DNA from: Klebsormidium nitens
Taxonomy: Eukaryota; Plantae; Klebsormidiophyceae
DNA length: 64,000 bases
Direction: 5' to 3'
NCBI GenBank assembly: GCA_000708835.1
Contig: DF237041.1
Span: 124,001-188,000 of the forward strand
Part shown: piece by piece, positions 37,201 through 48,396 of the stretch
How positions within the stretch are numbered: position 1 is the stretch's first letter
Layout: each line of letters opens with the position of its first letter
Position numbers and translations under genes: made by a program
Notes under the pieces: model-generated
Databases searched by the model: none
Told to the model about the DNA's origin: nothing
Seen by the model: the letters and a program-made list of their open reading frames with translations, nothing else

Positions 37201-37975
37201 ACCCCTTAGAAAAAGCTTCTTTTGCAGCATTGCAGTACAAGGAGCGGTGCATCCTCACTTTACTGCCATCACGTCTAGCAAGTCGGCCACCAAGCAGAGA
37301 GCTCAAAGCTGGCACAGTCTCGTTCGTCAAGATCCCGTACCCTCTCCGGAGACCCACAAACAATCAACCCGTTGCTGTTGTGCGCACCATCGGTCAGGTT
37401 TTAGGCGTCCGCAAAATCACAGGTGACGGGTGCATATGAGCGTTCTCTGACGTCCGTTCCCTTTCCTGCAGAATCGAGGGCTGGTAGAGCTCGTAGATTA
37501 CCAGGAGGCGGGCCCTGACGAAAAGCTTGAGTGCGGCTTCATTGGGCCCCGGGGCCTGTTGGCTTGGGGGCTTGGATTCGACGCAACCGGCTTGTGTCTT
37601 TTTCCCCTCAGCCAAGGGGGCCGAAACTTAGTGAGCGGATTGTAAGTGCCCGATCAATCACGAACGAATGTATCTCACTCTGCCAGGGGCAGTCGCGTGC
37701 CTCCAGTGGTTCTTTGCTAGGTGTGCTGCAATTTTGGGAGTTGCTTTCCTTGTCTGGTGCTCCTTGTCGGACTTGATTCGGCCAGAGGGTTTAGTAGCAT
37801 GTCTGTGATCAAAGTTCAAAGAAGCAGAAATTCAGGACGGGGCTATCTTCACAGGTTCATCTTGCTTAATCAACGTCTGCTCTATGCATTCCGTGGTCCA
37901 GTTGCTTCCTGTAAGCTTATCTTTTTGCTATTTGCAGGACGTGACGCCTATGAGATGACGGAAGATGGCACTTGA
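34240..37975 (+). CDS. Putative multi-exon gene of unknown function; structure unresolved
   Basis: A series of AG/GT-bounded open segments (e.g. ~34388-34487, 35255-35623, 35882-35957, 36521-36702, 37219-37422), some joinable in phase. No recognisable domain and no confident ATG. Confidence 0.35.
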
Positions 37976-40900
37976 CTGATCTGTGGACGCCACAGCTTGT
38001 CTACAATGAATCATGTAACGACATAAGTAGACTGTTGTGCAGTATAGTTTGTAGCATAAGCGAACTCTTTATCGGAATGTTTACAACCTGGAGATTCGGT
38101 AACAAACGAGGCCCATCTGGAGCATTGTAAGTTTTGTGAGCACAGCGAGATAAGGACGTACATGCAGTATCTCCTTCAGTTGGATTCTTGTCTTTGTGCC
38201 AACAAGGAATTTGTGGTGCCTCAAGCACAAAGCCCAAGTCAAGCCAGCCCTCGCTGCAGCCATGTTTGTCTTGCAACACATTCATGCTATCTATCATTTG
38301 GATCTTCAACTTTCTCGCCATCAATCCAGAATCTATTACACCTTTTGGAGCTGCCGTCTGGCTGCTGGCATGCTGGATCCCAATGCACCGGAACTTCGCA
38401 TCGTGATTCCTGTCACTGTATTCTAGCTAGGCCCTCGGATGAGTTCGGACGGTCGTGAGGGCCCCGGGGGCCTTGGCGCTTCAAGTGACCGTCGATCTCA
38501 AAGTTCTTACACGTCAATTTGGCCCGGGTACCGCTGAGTTCCAACCGTTCAAACTCATATATAGTACATATCTTAACCGAAGTTACAACCAGGGTCACCT
38601 TAGGACTAACTTCGATCGGCTCGGCTTGGGACTCCAGAGCGCTACTTGGTGTTCGTACCAGCTTGCGAATGGGCATACATGTATAACTTGACCGAGGCTC
38701 GAAGCCTGGCACTACCGAGCACTGCCAGCCAGCTGTAAGAAACCTGGCCCGGAAACTCTGCTTGGTTATCCAGCTTTAACCAGTATAGTTTGATTTAGCA
38801 GCCTGCGCAAAACCCGGAAGTTACACGAAGTGCGTACCGTCGATTTCGCTGCACTTTATGTGACACGTGGGCATTGACTAAGCTGGCTGCTCACCGGTGT
38901 CTATTCGAGGCATCCCCCGCCCCGGAACTGTCAGATGGATTCCCGTTTAATGTCGATCCAAATACAGTCCTTTGCAGGGAGGCAAGCAAGCGGAAAGGCC
39001 GGAGCCACCAACACACCCGGGGATCAGGTGGATTTCCCGGGTGGTGATCGAAAGCGAAAGTCAACTTGATCTGACATCTTTCGTAACTGCAATGGAGGGC
39101 GTTCATTGGTCAGAGAGTGAAAAATATCTGCGGGCGAGGACAAAAGTGATTCTGTCGCTGCCGCGGAAACAGTGATTCCGAGTGAAAAGATCTCCTGCGC
39201 AGCTGGAAAGCTTGAGATCGGTTGGCTACGCTTGCTCGACATCTTTTTCTTGATCCGGAACTCAATTCCAAACTGCGGCAAGATCTGATTCCTTGCACGC
39301 GTGACTGGGGGTCCACTTTTGGGTTACCAGAAGCCGCTCCACAGCGTTACAACCTTCGAACCACAAGCTTCACGCTGAAAGCATGCTGACTTGTGAAGAT
39401 CTGATTTGTAACGCACCTCTAGAGTTATGCTGCGGTTGCGCGCTCAACGAATTGAATGTACCGTCCTCTTGAAGTTGCGGTCAAGCAAATGATCATTGGT
39501 GAAAGATCAAAGAAACATGGGGGCTCGCGAATCACTTTTCTCAGGCACTCTGTGCTGATTCAGACTGCAGTCGTTCTGTGTCCCAGTCTCTTCTAGAAGA
39601 TGCGTCTGTCACCTTGGGCTTGTCTTGAGCAACAGGTGAACATTGGGATCCTGCAAGCAACACAACGGGCAACAGGCAACGGCCAAGTTGGGGATTAGTG
39701 GGACAGGTCAGAAGTGCTTTGCTGGAGGTCTTAGAGGCTGCAAACTCGTCTCCAAGTAGCACTGAAGTACTATTGGAAACTGTGCATTCAATCTGTGATT
39801 AGCGTTGTAGCTTGTTCTCGTTGGCCTCTTGCAGGCCAGTTTTAAACAGCAATCGCACATCAGATCGTCGCAGCCAGCCTGATTGAGAGAGCAACCTGGA
39901 TTTTTAAAGTAAGTTTGGTCTCGTTTCCACACCAGTGTTGACAGGCCTAGGCCACTGCTTGTCTTTGTCGCACGTAGACTGCAAGACAATCTCCCCTGTT
40001 GTATCTTAATCATGAACTTCATGCTGTGTTTAGTCGCGCAGTCCTGAAGTAGGGCAGCATGTTCCTTCCAACTCCATCTTTACCCCCCCATGTCAGATGA
40101 CATAGGCTTCATCCTCAGTCGCTTCAGTGCAACCCTGAGGTTTTTGGGGGTGGTCATGTCAGAAGTCCAATCAACTAGTTACTAGTTCTTCTTCACATGT
40201 ATTGAGAGTGTACATGAAGCGCAAAACCGTATTGTCAGCGATGAGCAGCCAAACACACCTCTTCTTTGAATGATTCTGCCTGATGTCAGTGCTAGTCTCC
40301 ATCAGCTACAGAGATAATAGTTGCAATGAGCCGTTGCTGAGCAGTGGACATTATTTGCCAGATTGCTTTGTCACCAAGATTTTGGGAGGGCATTTCTTCA
40401 GGGACTTTATCAGGCGATGCTACAGCCTCTCTCAAAATAGAGTATATTACCGAGGCCCTTACCAGGAAGAGCTGCTCTTCAGTAAGATTTTGGAAACAAG
40501 AAGGCTTGTAGATTCTGATTGTGAGGGTTTGCACACAACTTCAAATTTGAAGTTTGGACTCTAAGAAGTAGCCCTTTCCTTCAAAAGGTGTTCTCTTGCA
40601 GGCATCTAAAGATGAGCCACTCTTGAGCATCTCGAGAGCAATGGAAGGCCACCTTAAGAGCAAGAAAAGGCCACCTGATAGTTGCCGCCGTTTGGGAAGG
40701 GATTCAGCAGAGACATGATACTTGTGCCCCTTCCTTTCCAGGTCGGCAGTTGATGCAATAGTTGCACGAAGTTGTGCAATGAAGACAGTAGTTGCGGAGG
40801 ATCTTTGCAATGAGGTTTTCCAGGCCGGTGCAAGCAAGGAGTTTTTGCCAGCAGCATCATAGGTGAGACTCCAGCCACTGGTGGTGTCGCCTCGTCAGCT

Positions 40901-42196
40901 TTTGCTGCATGTATCAATGATGTGTCCTTCTTCCACTGCTCCCTTGCGGTTGTGAGCTGTTTGCTGCATCTTCCAGCCCTCTTTCATCTGGAAAGACGCG
41001 GGGGCAAGGTTTGCATCTTGCATCTTTTGCCGAGTCTGGTTGCTGCCTGTTGCCCTGTTAGCTAGGAGCTTTGTGGTTGATGTTGTCAGTTTGAAACCTC
41101 TGGTTGCTGAAGACATGTCAGCATACGTGAATTTTGGACGTACTTGTAGATGCGCATCTTGAAAAGAGCGAAAGTTTGTTGGTGTTTACAGAGCAGGCTC
41201 TGGTATTTAGTTGGGAAGCGGAAATCCTGCTGACTTGCATCGCTGTTTTTGTATGTGAGTCGAACTGTCTGAGTATGCAAGACCCTAGGTTCTTAAGACA
41301 CCCGATTGAAAGCGCACTGATTTTTTCTGCTTGGCCATTTTGGGTGTAGTTTCAGGGCATCTGATTCTCTCATCCTGGAAAGGGCGTTACAGCAACTCTT
41401 TTGCTGCCATGAATCAAGAATTGATGATGATCAAGACTTGTTCTTTAAACATGGGGAGGTTGTTTTCTGATGAAGTGAAGGCAGGCCAAATTCTTTACTC
41501 TATCCGCGTAGCCTTTTGGCGTTCTGAGAAACCAATACAAGGCCAACTTTGCAGCGACTCATGAATTCGGTTCCCCAGGACTGGTGCACTGCTGGAAGGT
41601 GAATGTTTCAATTGCATAACACATGCGGGGCGCACAACCGCGCAACTCTATACCATCATGTTACTTTGTTTTTGACCCTGTTGCCTGCTTTGGAAGCTGT
41701 TGAGCTACTTCTTATAATCTGCTTCTACTTTTGCAGGTCCAGACAGCTCCCTATCCACGCCTTTAGTAATCCACGCCGACATCTCTAGGCTGCTTTTGTG
41801 CTTTTTCAGGTGAGGGGCGAGAACAGAGCACTCAAATCTGTCCACGTAGTTTCTACAACAAACTTTGAGTGGGTTTACTCTGGGCTGCAAATTGTCGCCT
41901 TGGCCTTGTAGGAGTTGACTTGTTATTTTTGGGTATGCAAACATGTCAAACATGTTGAGCAGAAGCTTGTACTTCAGCTTGAGTTGTCTCTGACCTGAGG
42001 ACCTGGAATATCAGGGTTTCAGTGGATGGTAGGTTCTGATCGGCACTGCTTCAATATTTGGTACAACCTGTCCTTTCAAACCAATCAAACGAAGTGAAGT
42101 ACCAAATACTGATGCCCTCTTGAGCCCTTGACAAACAAGAGTCTCTATTGCCAAATGTCACTTTTGAATCGAAGTCCATTCTCTCTTTCCTCTAGG

Positions 42197-45100
42197 TCGA
42201 TTTCGCACTCCTGCTCAAGCAGAAACCCAGGGCATGGGACGTTCAGACGCCAGCGATCCAAGCCGTCTGTACCGGCAGCAGTCTCAGGGAGCATGCAACC
42301 CGGGGGCACCGAGTACCGGGCAGATGCTTTCTCAACAACAGGGGGGTGCACGTCTGGAGAATAACATGCGGGGGCCACCGGCGAGGCCCGTTGGGGGGGG
42401 GCCACACAAAGGTGACAATGCTGAAGGGAATCAGAATGACCCTCGGGCTTGGGGGGGGGGAGTGGCGCCGCAGGCGCAGTACTGGAATCAGGGGGCCCCC
42501 GGGGGGTCGAACTTCCTTGGGGTGGGAGGCTTTCAACAGGATCAAAGGCCGGCGCAGAATTGGCCCGGAGGGGGGGCTGGCGCATGGAATGGGCCGGGGT
42601 TCTGGTTTCCTCAGGGCAACGTTCAGTGGACAAACGAAGGCCCGAAAGCGGGAAATTGGTCGACAGGGGGGCAGGAGGGCCAGGAATCTGCGCAGCCAGG
42701 CGTGCAAACCGGCGGTCTGCATTCTGCGAGTGAGCCTCGGTCGTCCCAGATGGGGGGGGGATATGGCGCTGGGCAGAGAGGGGGGGGTGTTGGTGGCCCT
42801 GGGCAAGCCCCCCCCAGGGGGTACTGGCAGGAGCCTTCAAGGGAGAGGCTACCCCCAGTTGAAGAATCTCGCGCCTTGGGTCAGAAGCAAGCCGAGTTTC
42901 AGGAGGAGAGGAGAGTGCCAGAAGCTCCCAGTTGGAATGATTCCGGGCAGCATGCACTCAGGGGGCAGGGACCGATGTCCTCCCACAGGGGGGGAAGGGG
43001 TTTGAACGAAGGCCAACAAAAGGCAGGGTACCAGTACGGAAGGGGGTCCGGTCAGGGCCGTGAAACAGGGGGGTTTGAGGCGCCTGCTTCTGGAGGTCTG
43101 CAAAGGGGGGGCTCTCTAGGGGGGTGGTACCATTCCGCAGCCGCTGAGACACAAGCAGGCGCTCAGAGAGAAAGCGCACACCCCCAGAGCCAGGAAAGCG
43201 AATCTGCTCAGCAGCCAGAGGCCTGGCAGCACCGGCAACGGCCTGGGACAGGTGACCGGCAGCAGGCGTCAGAAGCTGCCATATGGCAGCAGATGACTGA
43301 TGCCAGCGGCTCGTGGCGAGGACAGCCGAGCTTCCCCGAGCCGGAGTATCGGCCCCAGAGCTCAGGGGGTCTCCCGTCAGACGCCTCAGCGAACTGGCCG
43401 CGCTTTCCTGGGTACGGGGGTTTTGGTGCGCCGCCGTTCGGTTTGGGCAGTTTCCCCTCGTTCGTTTCCCAGGGGTTTGAGCAGCCCCCGCAGGCAGCCC
43501 CCCCTGCGCGCCCTGACGCGGGGCGCATTGTGGCGGAGACGTTTGAGATGCTGAAGAAGGACATGATGGTTCCGCCCCAGTGGGAGGCATACCGCCAGGC
43601 TGCAGCAAACCTCGCCATGGCGTCGGGGTTTGCTCCCGGTCCTCCGGGGTTCGGGGGCTTGGGGTTCCCGTTCGGCGGGTTTCCCAGTTTCGGGCGGCCA
43701 CAGCCGGGCCAAATGACCCCTCCGCAAGAGGAAGCCGTGCGTCCAAAGTCGTCAGAGGTGACTGTTCGGGGACGGCCAAACACGCCGGAGTGGTCGGAGG
43801 ACCCGGGGGAGGGGGTGCCGATGGAAGAAGCGTACCAAAATGCTCGGCTGCCGTCTGGCGGGCAGGCGTGGGAGAGGGGTCCTGCTGAGCCTCGGGAAAG
43901 GAGCCGTGGTGAACCGGGTTGGAGCCAGGGCAATAGGCAATGGGAAGGTCCGGAGGAAAATGCAGCGGGGGGTCCGGAACGGTCTGGAGAGTACGGGGAC
44001 CGTGGCGGGAGAGCGTCGGAGGGGCGGCTGGCGAACAGACGTCCAGCGTCCAACAGCCGCCAAACCGAGGAAGTGTCCGAGGAGAGAAATGTGCTCAGGA
44101 TGCAGGGGGGGAGTGCCGCGGTGGCCAGCGCAGGCGGCGAAAAGCGCAAGCAGCGGGGGGGCGGGTTTGATCTGAACCTCGACCTGAACCTCAGCGTGAG
44201 CGGTTCAGAAGAAGGGGAGCGGTTCCGGGCGTCCGAAGAGGGGGGCCGGTTCCGGGCGTCCGACGAGGGGAATCGTTTTCGGGCGCCCGAAGAAGGGGCC
44301 CGGTTTCGGGAGTCCGGAAAGGACGGGGGGAACGGGAGGGATCCGGATTCCGAGGTGCGCGAGCATTTGCAGGCGGGAAAGCGCAATGCGAGGCTGGAGG
44401 AGGAGGAGCGGCGGCAAGAGGCGCAGAGGCGCCAAGAGGAGAGGGAAACAGGGGAGCAATGGCCGGCGAGGGGGGTAGAAGAGCGGGGTGGTGGGGCGCA
44501 CTCTGAACCCGGATCAAGAGGTGGGTTGTGCTTTGCCGGCCGTTCTGACCTCTGAGGCATTCTGTCTTCGTGCATTTGGTCTCCTGCTCGCATGTCCCAG
44601 TTATTGCAGCCCAGTACTTGCACCACTTTCGTTTGGTCCCAACGTTTGCTGATGTAGTCCTCTTCTCATGACAGGGTGAATTGCAAGGCCCTGACGTGTT
44701 GTGCGTCGCTTGCAAGTGTCAAAGACGCCCGCTTTTCTTGTTTTGGAAGAAGCTTCTTTGATAGGTTTCTGAGGCCATTAGTTCTATCCTTGAGTAAGCC
44801 AACCGTCTCGACTTTCGCTCAAGTTCAGAGGTTCTCTCTTGTGCAGATTCGCAACATACCACCCCGCAGCAGCAAAACGACTCCCAGTTCACCGGGCAGC
44901 CCCCTCCCCAGCAGCATTTCTACCCCCAGGAACAACGTGGGTCCCAAGCTTCGGCTCAGGGGTCTGGCAACGCCAGCGAAACCAACCCCCTGCTCGGGTC
45001 CTTCGCCCCGTTCGCCGAACTCATGCAACACTTTGCCCCCCACGGACTTCCCCCCTCAAACCTCCCGCCCAACCAGAATCTAGCCCCTCCTTTCATGATG

Positions 45101-46720
45101 TCCCCCGGGGCGGGTCCCCGCCCGATGCCCTTCAACTCTGGCATGAACCCAATGGACAGCTGGCTCAGGGCGCTGGCTTATCAAAACCCGGCGACGCTTA
45201 TGGCCGCTTATCACCTGGCGGGTTTAGGCATGCAGGCGCCCAATCCTCCGAACCCCAGACCGAGCATGCCTGGCTACCCAGACTACCCCCCCGTAACGGA
45301 ATCGCGCCAGGACTTTGCTCCGCGGACCCTGAGTGGGGGGATGGATGTGAAGCGGCAGCCAGAGGGAAACCCCCACGGGATCGAGAAGCGACAGAAGCTG
45401 AATCACCAGGGGGGGTCCCACGGGGGCAGCAGCGGAGCGGTGAGCGATGCGGAGCGGACGGTGGTGAGTGACGGGGGGCTGCAGAGGCCCTGGAAAGCAG
45501 ACCCCTGGCAGGCGCGCGGTGCAGAGTCCGCGCGGGAGGGGGGGGGAGACGCGATCGAGTGGGACGGAACTAGCACGGGGACGAAGCGCGGCCGGACCAA
45601 GGGCACTGTCGAGCCGCTGTTCCCGCACGTGAGCATCCTGCCGACGCCCAAGCCCGCGTTCAAGAAGCCGCCGCCCCTAGTTCTGTTGCGCGACGGGTCG
45701 ACCGTCGAGCTGAAGAAGCTGTCGCCCGCCAAGCGGCGGGAGCTGAAGAAGGAGCGGGAGTCGCACCGCATGGGGGGGTCGGACGCGGGGAAGGGCTCGG
45801 GGGCTTCGGCGAAAGGTTCCGCGTCGGGGGGACCGGCTGCGGCGCCCAGCGAGGGGGGGGCTTCCGCGGAGCGGGGTTTTAGCCGGGGTTTGGAACTTTC
45901 GCAGAGCCCCCGTAGTACATCGGAGGAGGCGGCGGCGAAAGAGATGGGGCCCGGGCAAGGGGGCGACGATAAGTCGATTCTGTCGGAGTCCGAGGAAGCG
46001 CCGACGGTGATTAACGAGGGGTCGCAGCTGGTGAACAAGGAAGCGTTACCGACGGTAACGACGATCGGGCAGTCGAGTCGGGGGGACGGCAGCGGGAGCG
46101 ACTCGACGGTGGCGGGGGGCCGGGCGCTGGAAGCCGCAGCGATTGCGGTGCCGTCGGCAAAGTCCAGCGAAGGTTTGCGCCCAAGCGTGAAGGCGCGCAA
46201 CGAGGGAAGCCGGGGGGGCGCTAGCTGCGGGACCGAGTCTGGACGACTGGAGGGGAGGAAGGATCACGATCACGACGAGGACGACAAGGGGGATAACAAG
46301 GGGCCGTCTTCCGGGTATGTCGGGCAGGGAATGTCTTTGGGCGATCACGGGGCGGCTAAGGGAGCGGAAAAGAGCTCGAAGGATGGGGTTAAGGCGGGGT
46401 CGGGTTCAGGGTCGGGGTCCGGCTCGGGTTCGGACCGTTCTCAGGGAAGGCGGGTCCAGCAAGGATTGTTGAGCATGAAGATTCATCAATGCAAAGTCGT
46501 GGCTGCGAAGCGCAAGGGCTGCTTTTCGCTTGGGAGCGGGCGCCTCGCACTCAAGAAGGCTGGGCCCGGGGTTCCAGGTTTGGGGCTTGCTCGTCCAAGT
46601 TACTTAGAAAAGACCCACGCGTGGGGTGTACCATGGAAGAAACCACGTTGCATGAAGAATGTCAGTACGTTGCCGAGTTGGAGCAGAGGTGCGCTTGGGT
46701 TGCCACTTGTAGCGCAGTGA
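42197..46720 (+). CDS. Large (~1,400 aa) low-complexity G/Q/P/E-rich protein with EAR-like FDLNLDLNL motif; exons ~42197-44520 and 44847-46720, 5' end probably further upstream
   Basis: 773-aa and 565-aa ORFs joined in phase by an intron 44521-44846 (AAGAG|gtggg...tgcag|ATTCG). An acceptor at ~42196 is in frame with the first ORF. Contains an 8-aa RFRASEEG repeat. Confidence 0.7.
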
Positions 46721-47368
46721 CCTGGCAGCCCCGATCGGGTCCGACTGTTCTGAGATCATCGGATCGGCTTTAAAGCGCTAGGGCTGCAGCTACTCACCGT
46801 CGGCCTGATAGAAGTTCGTGACGCTGGGTCGCAGGTTACAGTTGGCAGTTGCACTAAGATTCAGCTGGGAGCTTAGTAGTAACAGGGGTGCTATTTCCTG
46901 GTTGTCTACCTAGATAGAGAGTCGTCTATCATGTCGGTACCATACGTCCTCAATTAGATCAGACCAGTTGTGAACATGAGTCTTTGCTTTGCTTCCTTCT
47001 GCTGCATTGCAGTGGAAGGGTCTTTGCCACTACGTTCTCTTGTTACGTTGCACCGTTGTTATGGCAAGATGAGACTAACATACCCCTACTTGTTCAGTAT
47101 CTGCAACTAGCTCGTGAATTTTGAAGTCTGGCGCGGCACATTGAAAACCTAGGCGTTGCATGTAAGAGCAACAGCTACCTGTTATCTATTGCCAGTAAGG
47201 CATGCATTTGTGTAATGGTACACACATGTGTACGGACGCAGAATGCTCTGCATGCATCTCCATAATATAGCTCGTCGATAGTAGAATGGCACTCAACTAG
47301 CCGGAAGGATGCCAGCCTCCCATGCCGGCTACTTGCGATTCCCATGCAGGGTCGTAAGAATGTCTCTG

Positions 47369-47991
47369 GGCATCGTGTCAAAACATCTGTGCAAGGGCGT
47401 CCGGAACTGCGAAAATAAAACCGGCCACCAAGGGGGTACGACCGAAAAATAACCCGAAAAAAAATAACCGGCCACTAGGGGTATCCCGGTTCCGGATCGA
47501 TGTAAACCGGATATAAGGGGATGGAGCCTGCAGTACCTATCTACTTAATTGTTGATTGTCGAAATATGACTAGAGGTTTATCGTTTTTCAGCTACTTTTC
47601 TTCGATTTGGCGCCGCAGTTGGCTTGTAAAAGGCAAAAAAAGAGCTTTAATATGTGTCTGGATTTATGTTATTGTGGTGATATTCGTGCCAAACCAATAG
47701 GTTCGAGACTGGTCGGTTGATGTGGCCTCGAAATCCCCCGCCGGTCTTGCAGGGGGCTGACCGGGCCAAGTACACACATACGAGGTTAATTGAGCAGTCG
47801 CTAATACGCCGGAAGTTCACAGGTTCTTGGGACTATTTCACGTTTATTAGCAGATTTCAGCCGGGCACCGGCCACCAGCCCCCTCAACTGATCTTGACAG
47901 AGCTCTAAGAACCGGCCACCGGCCCCTCCAGAAAAATTGCGAAAACCGGAGTACTCCGGACGCCACTGCACATATGTTTTGACACGATGCC
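47369..47991. mobile_element. MITE (non-autonomous DNA transposon), 623 bp, 37-bp TIRs, probable 3-bp CTG TSD
   Basis: Left GGCATCGTGTCAAAACATCTGTGCAAGGGCGTCCGGA (47369-47405) versus reverse complement of 47955-47991: 34/37 identical. CTG at 47366-47368 and 47992-47994. Subterminal ACCGGCCAC repeats. Confidence 0.85.
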
Positions 47992-48396
47992 CTGCCACCG
48001 TCTGAAAAGAACTTCAGGAGAGTCAGACACTTGATTCCGCCTTCCAAGCTTCGTGAGCATCAATATGATATCAATGATTGTGATGGCTCTATCGTGGACT
48101 CAGCATGGGAAATCATATTACTTGCATGCTAGGAGCTCAAGATGAGTCACAATGAGTCCAAGAAGCTTGATGCTAGCTTACATCAAGACCATGAAGTGGA
48201 ATAAGACCACTATGAGGGATGTGAAGACAACTGCACAAAAGGCGGAGTCACCGTAGGCAACAAAGTCAAGTATTGGCTAGTTTCAAACTTGTATAAGGCC
48301 AACGACCAAATCTAGCCCGCTCTAGCTCCAACATCATATAATGCAGAGGTCAAAGAGCCGCCTATTCCGATCTAACTCCTCATGATCCGAGCGCAG

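Noticed and set aside
38503-38826. TRIM or solo LTR from TTCTTACA / TGTAAGAA words
   Set aside because: The flanking segments are not direct repeats, and there is no recognisable PBS, PPT or TSD.
42234-44555. AGO-hook (WG/GW) protein
   Set aside because: Only about three WG/GW dipeptides in 770 aa, too sparse.
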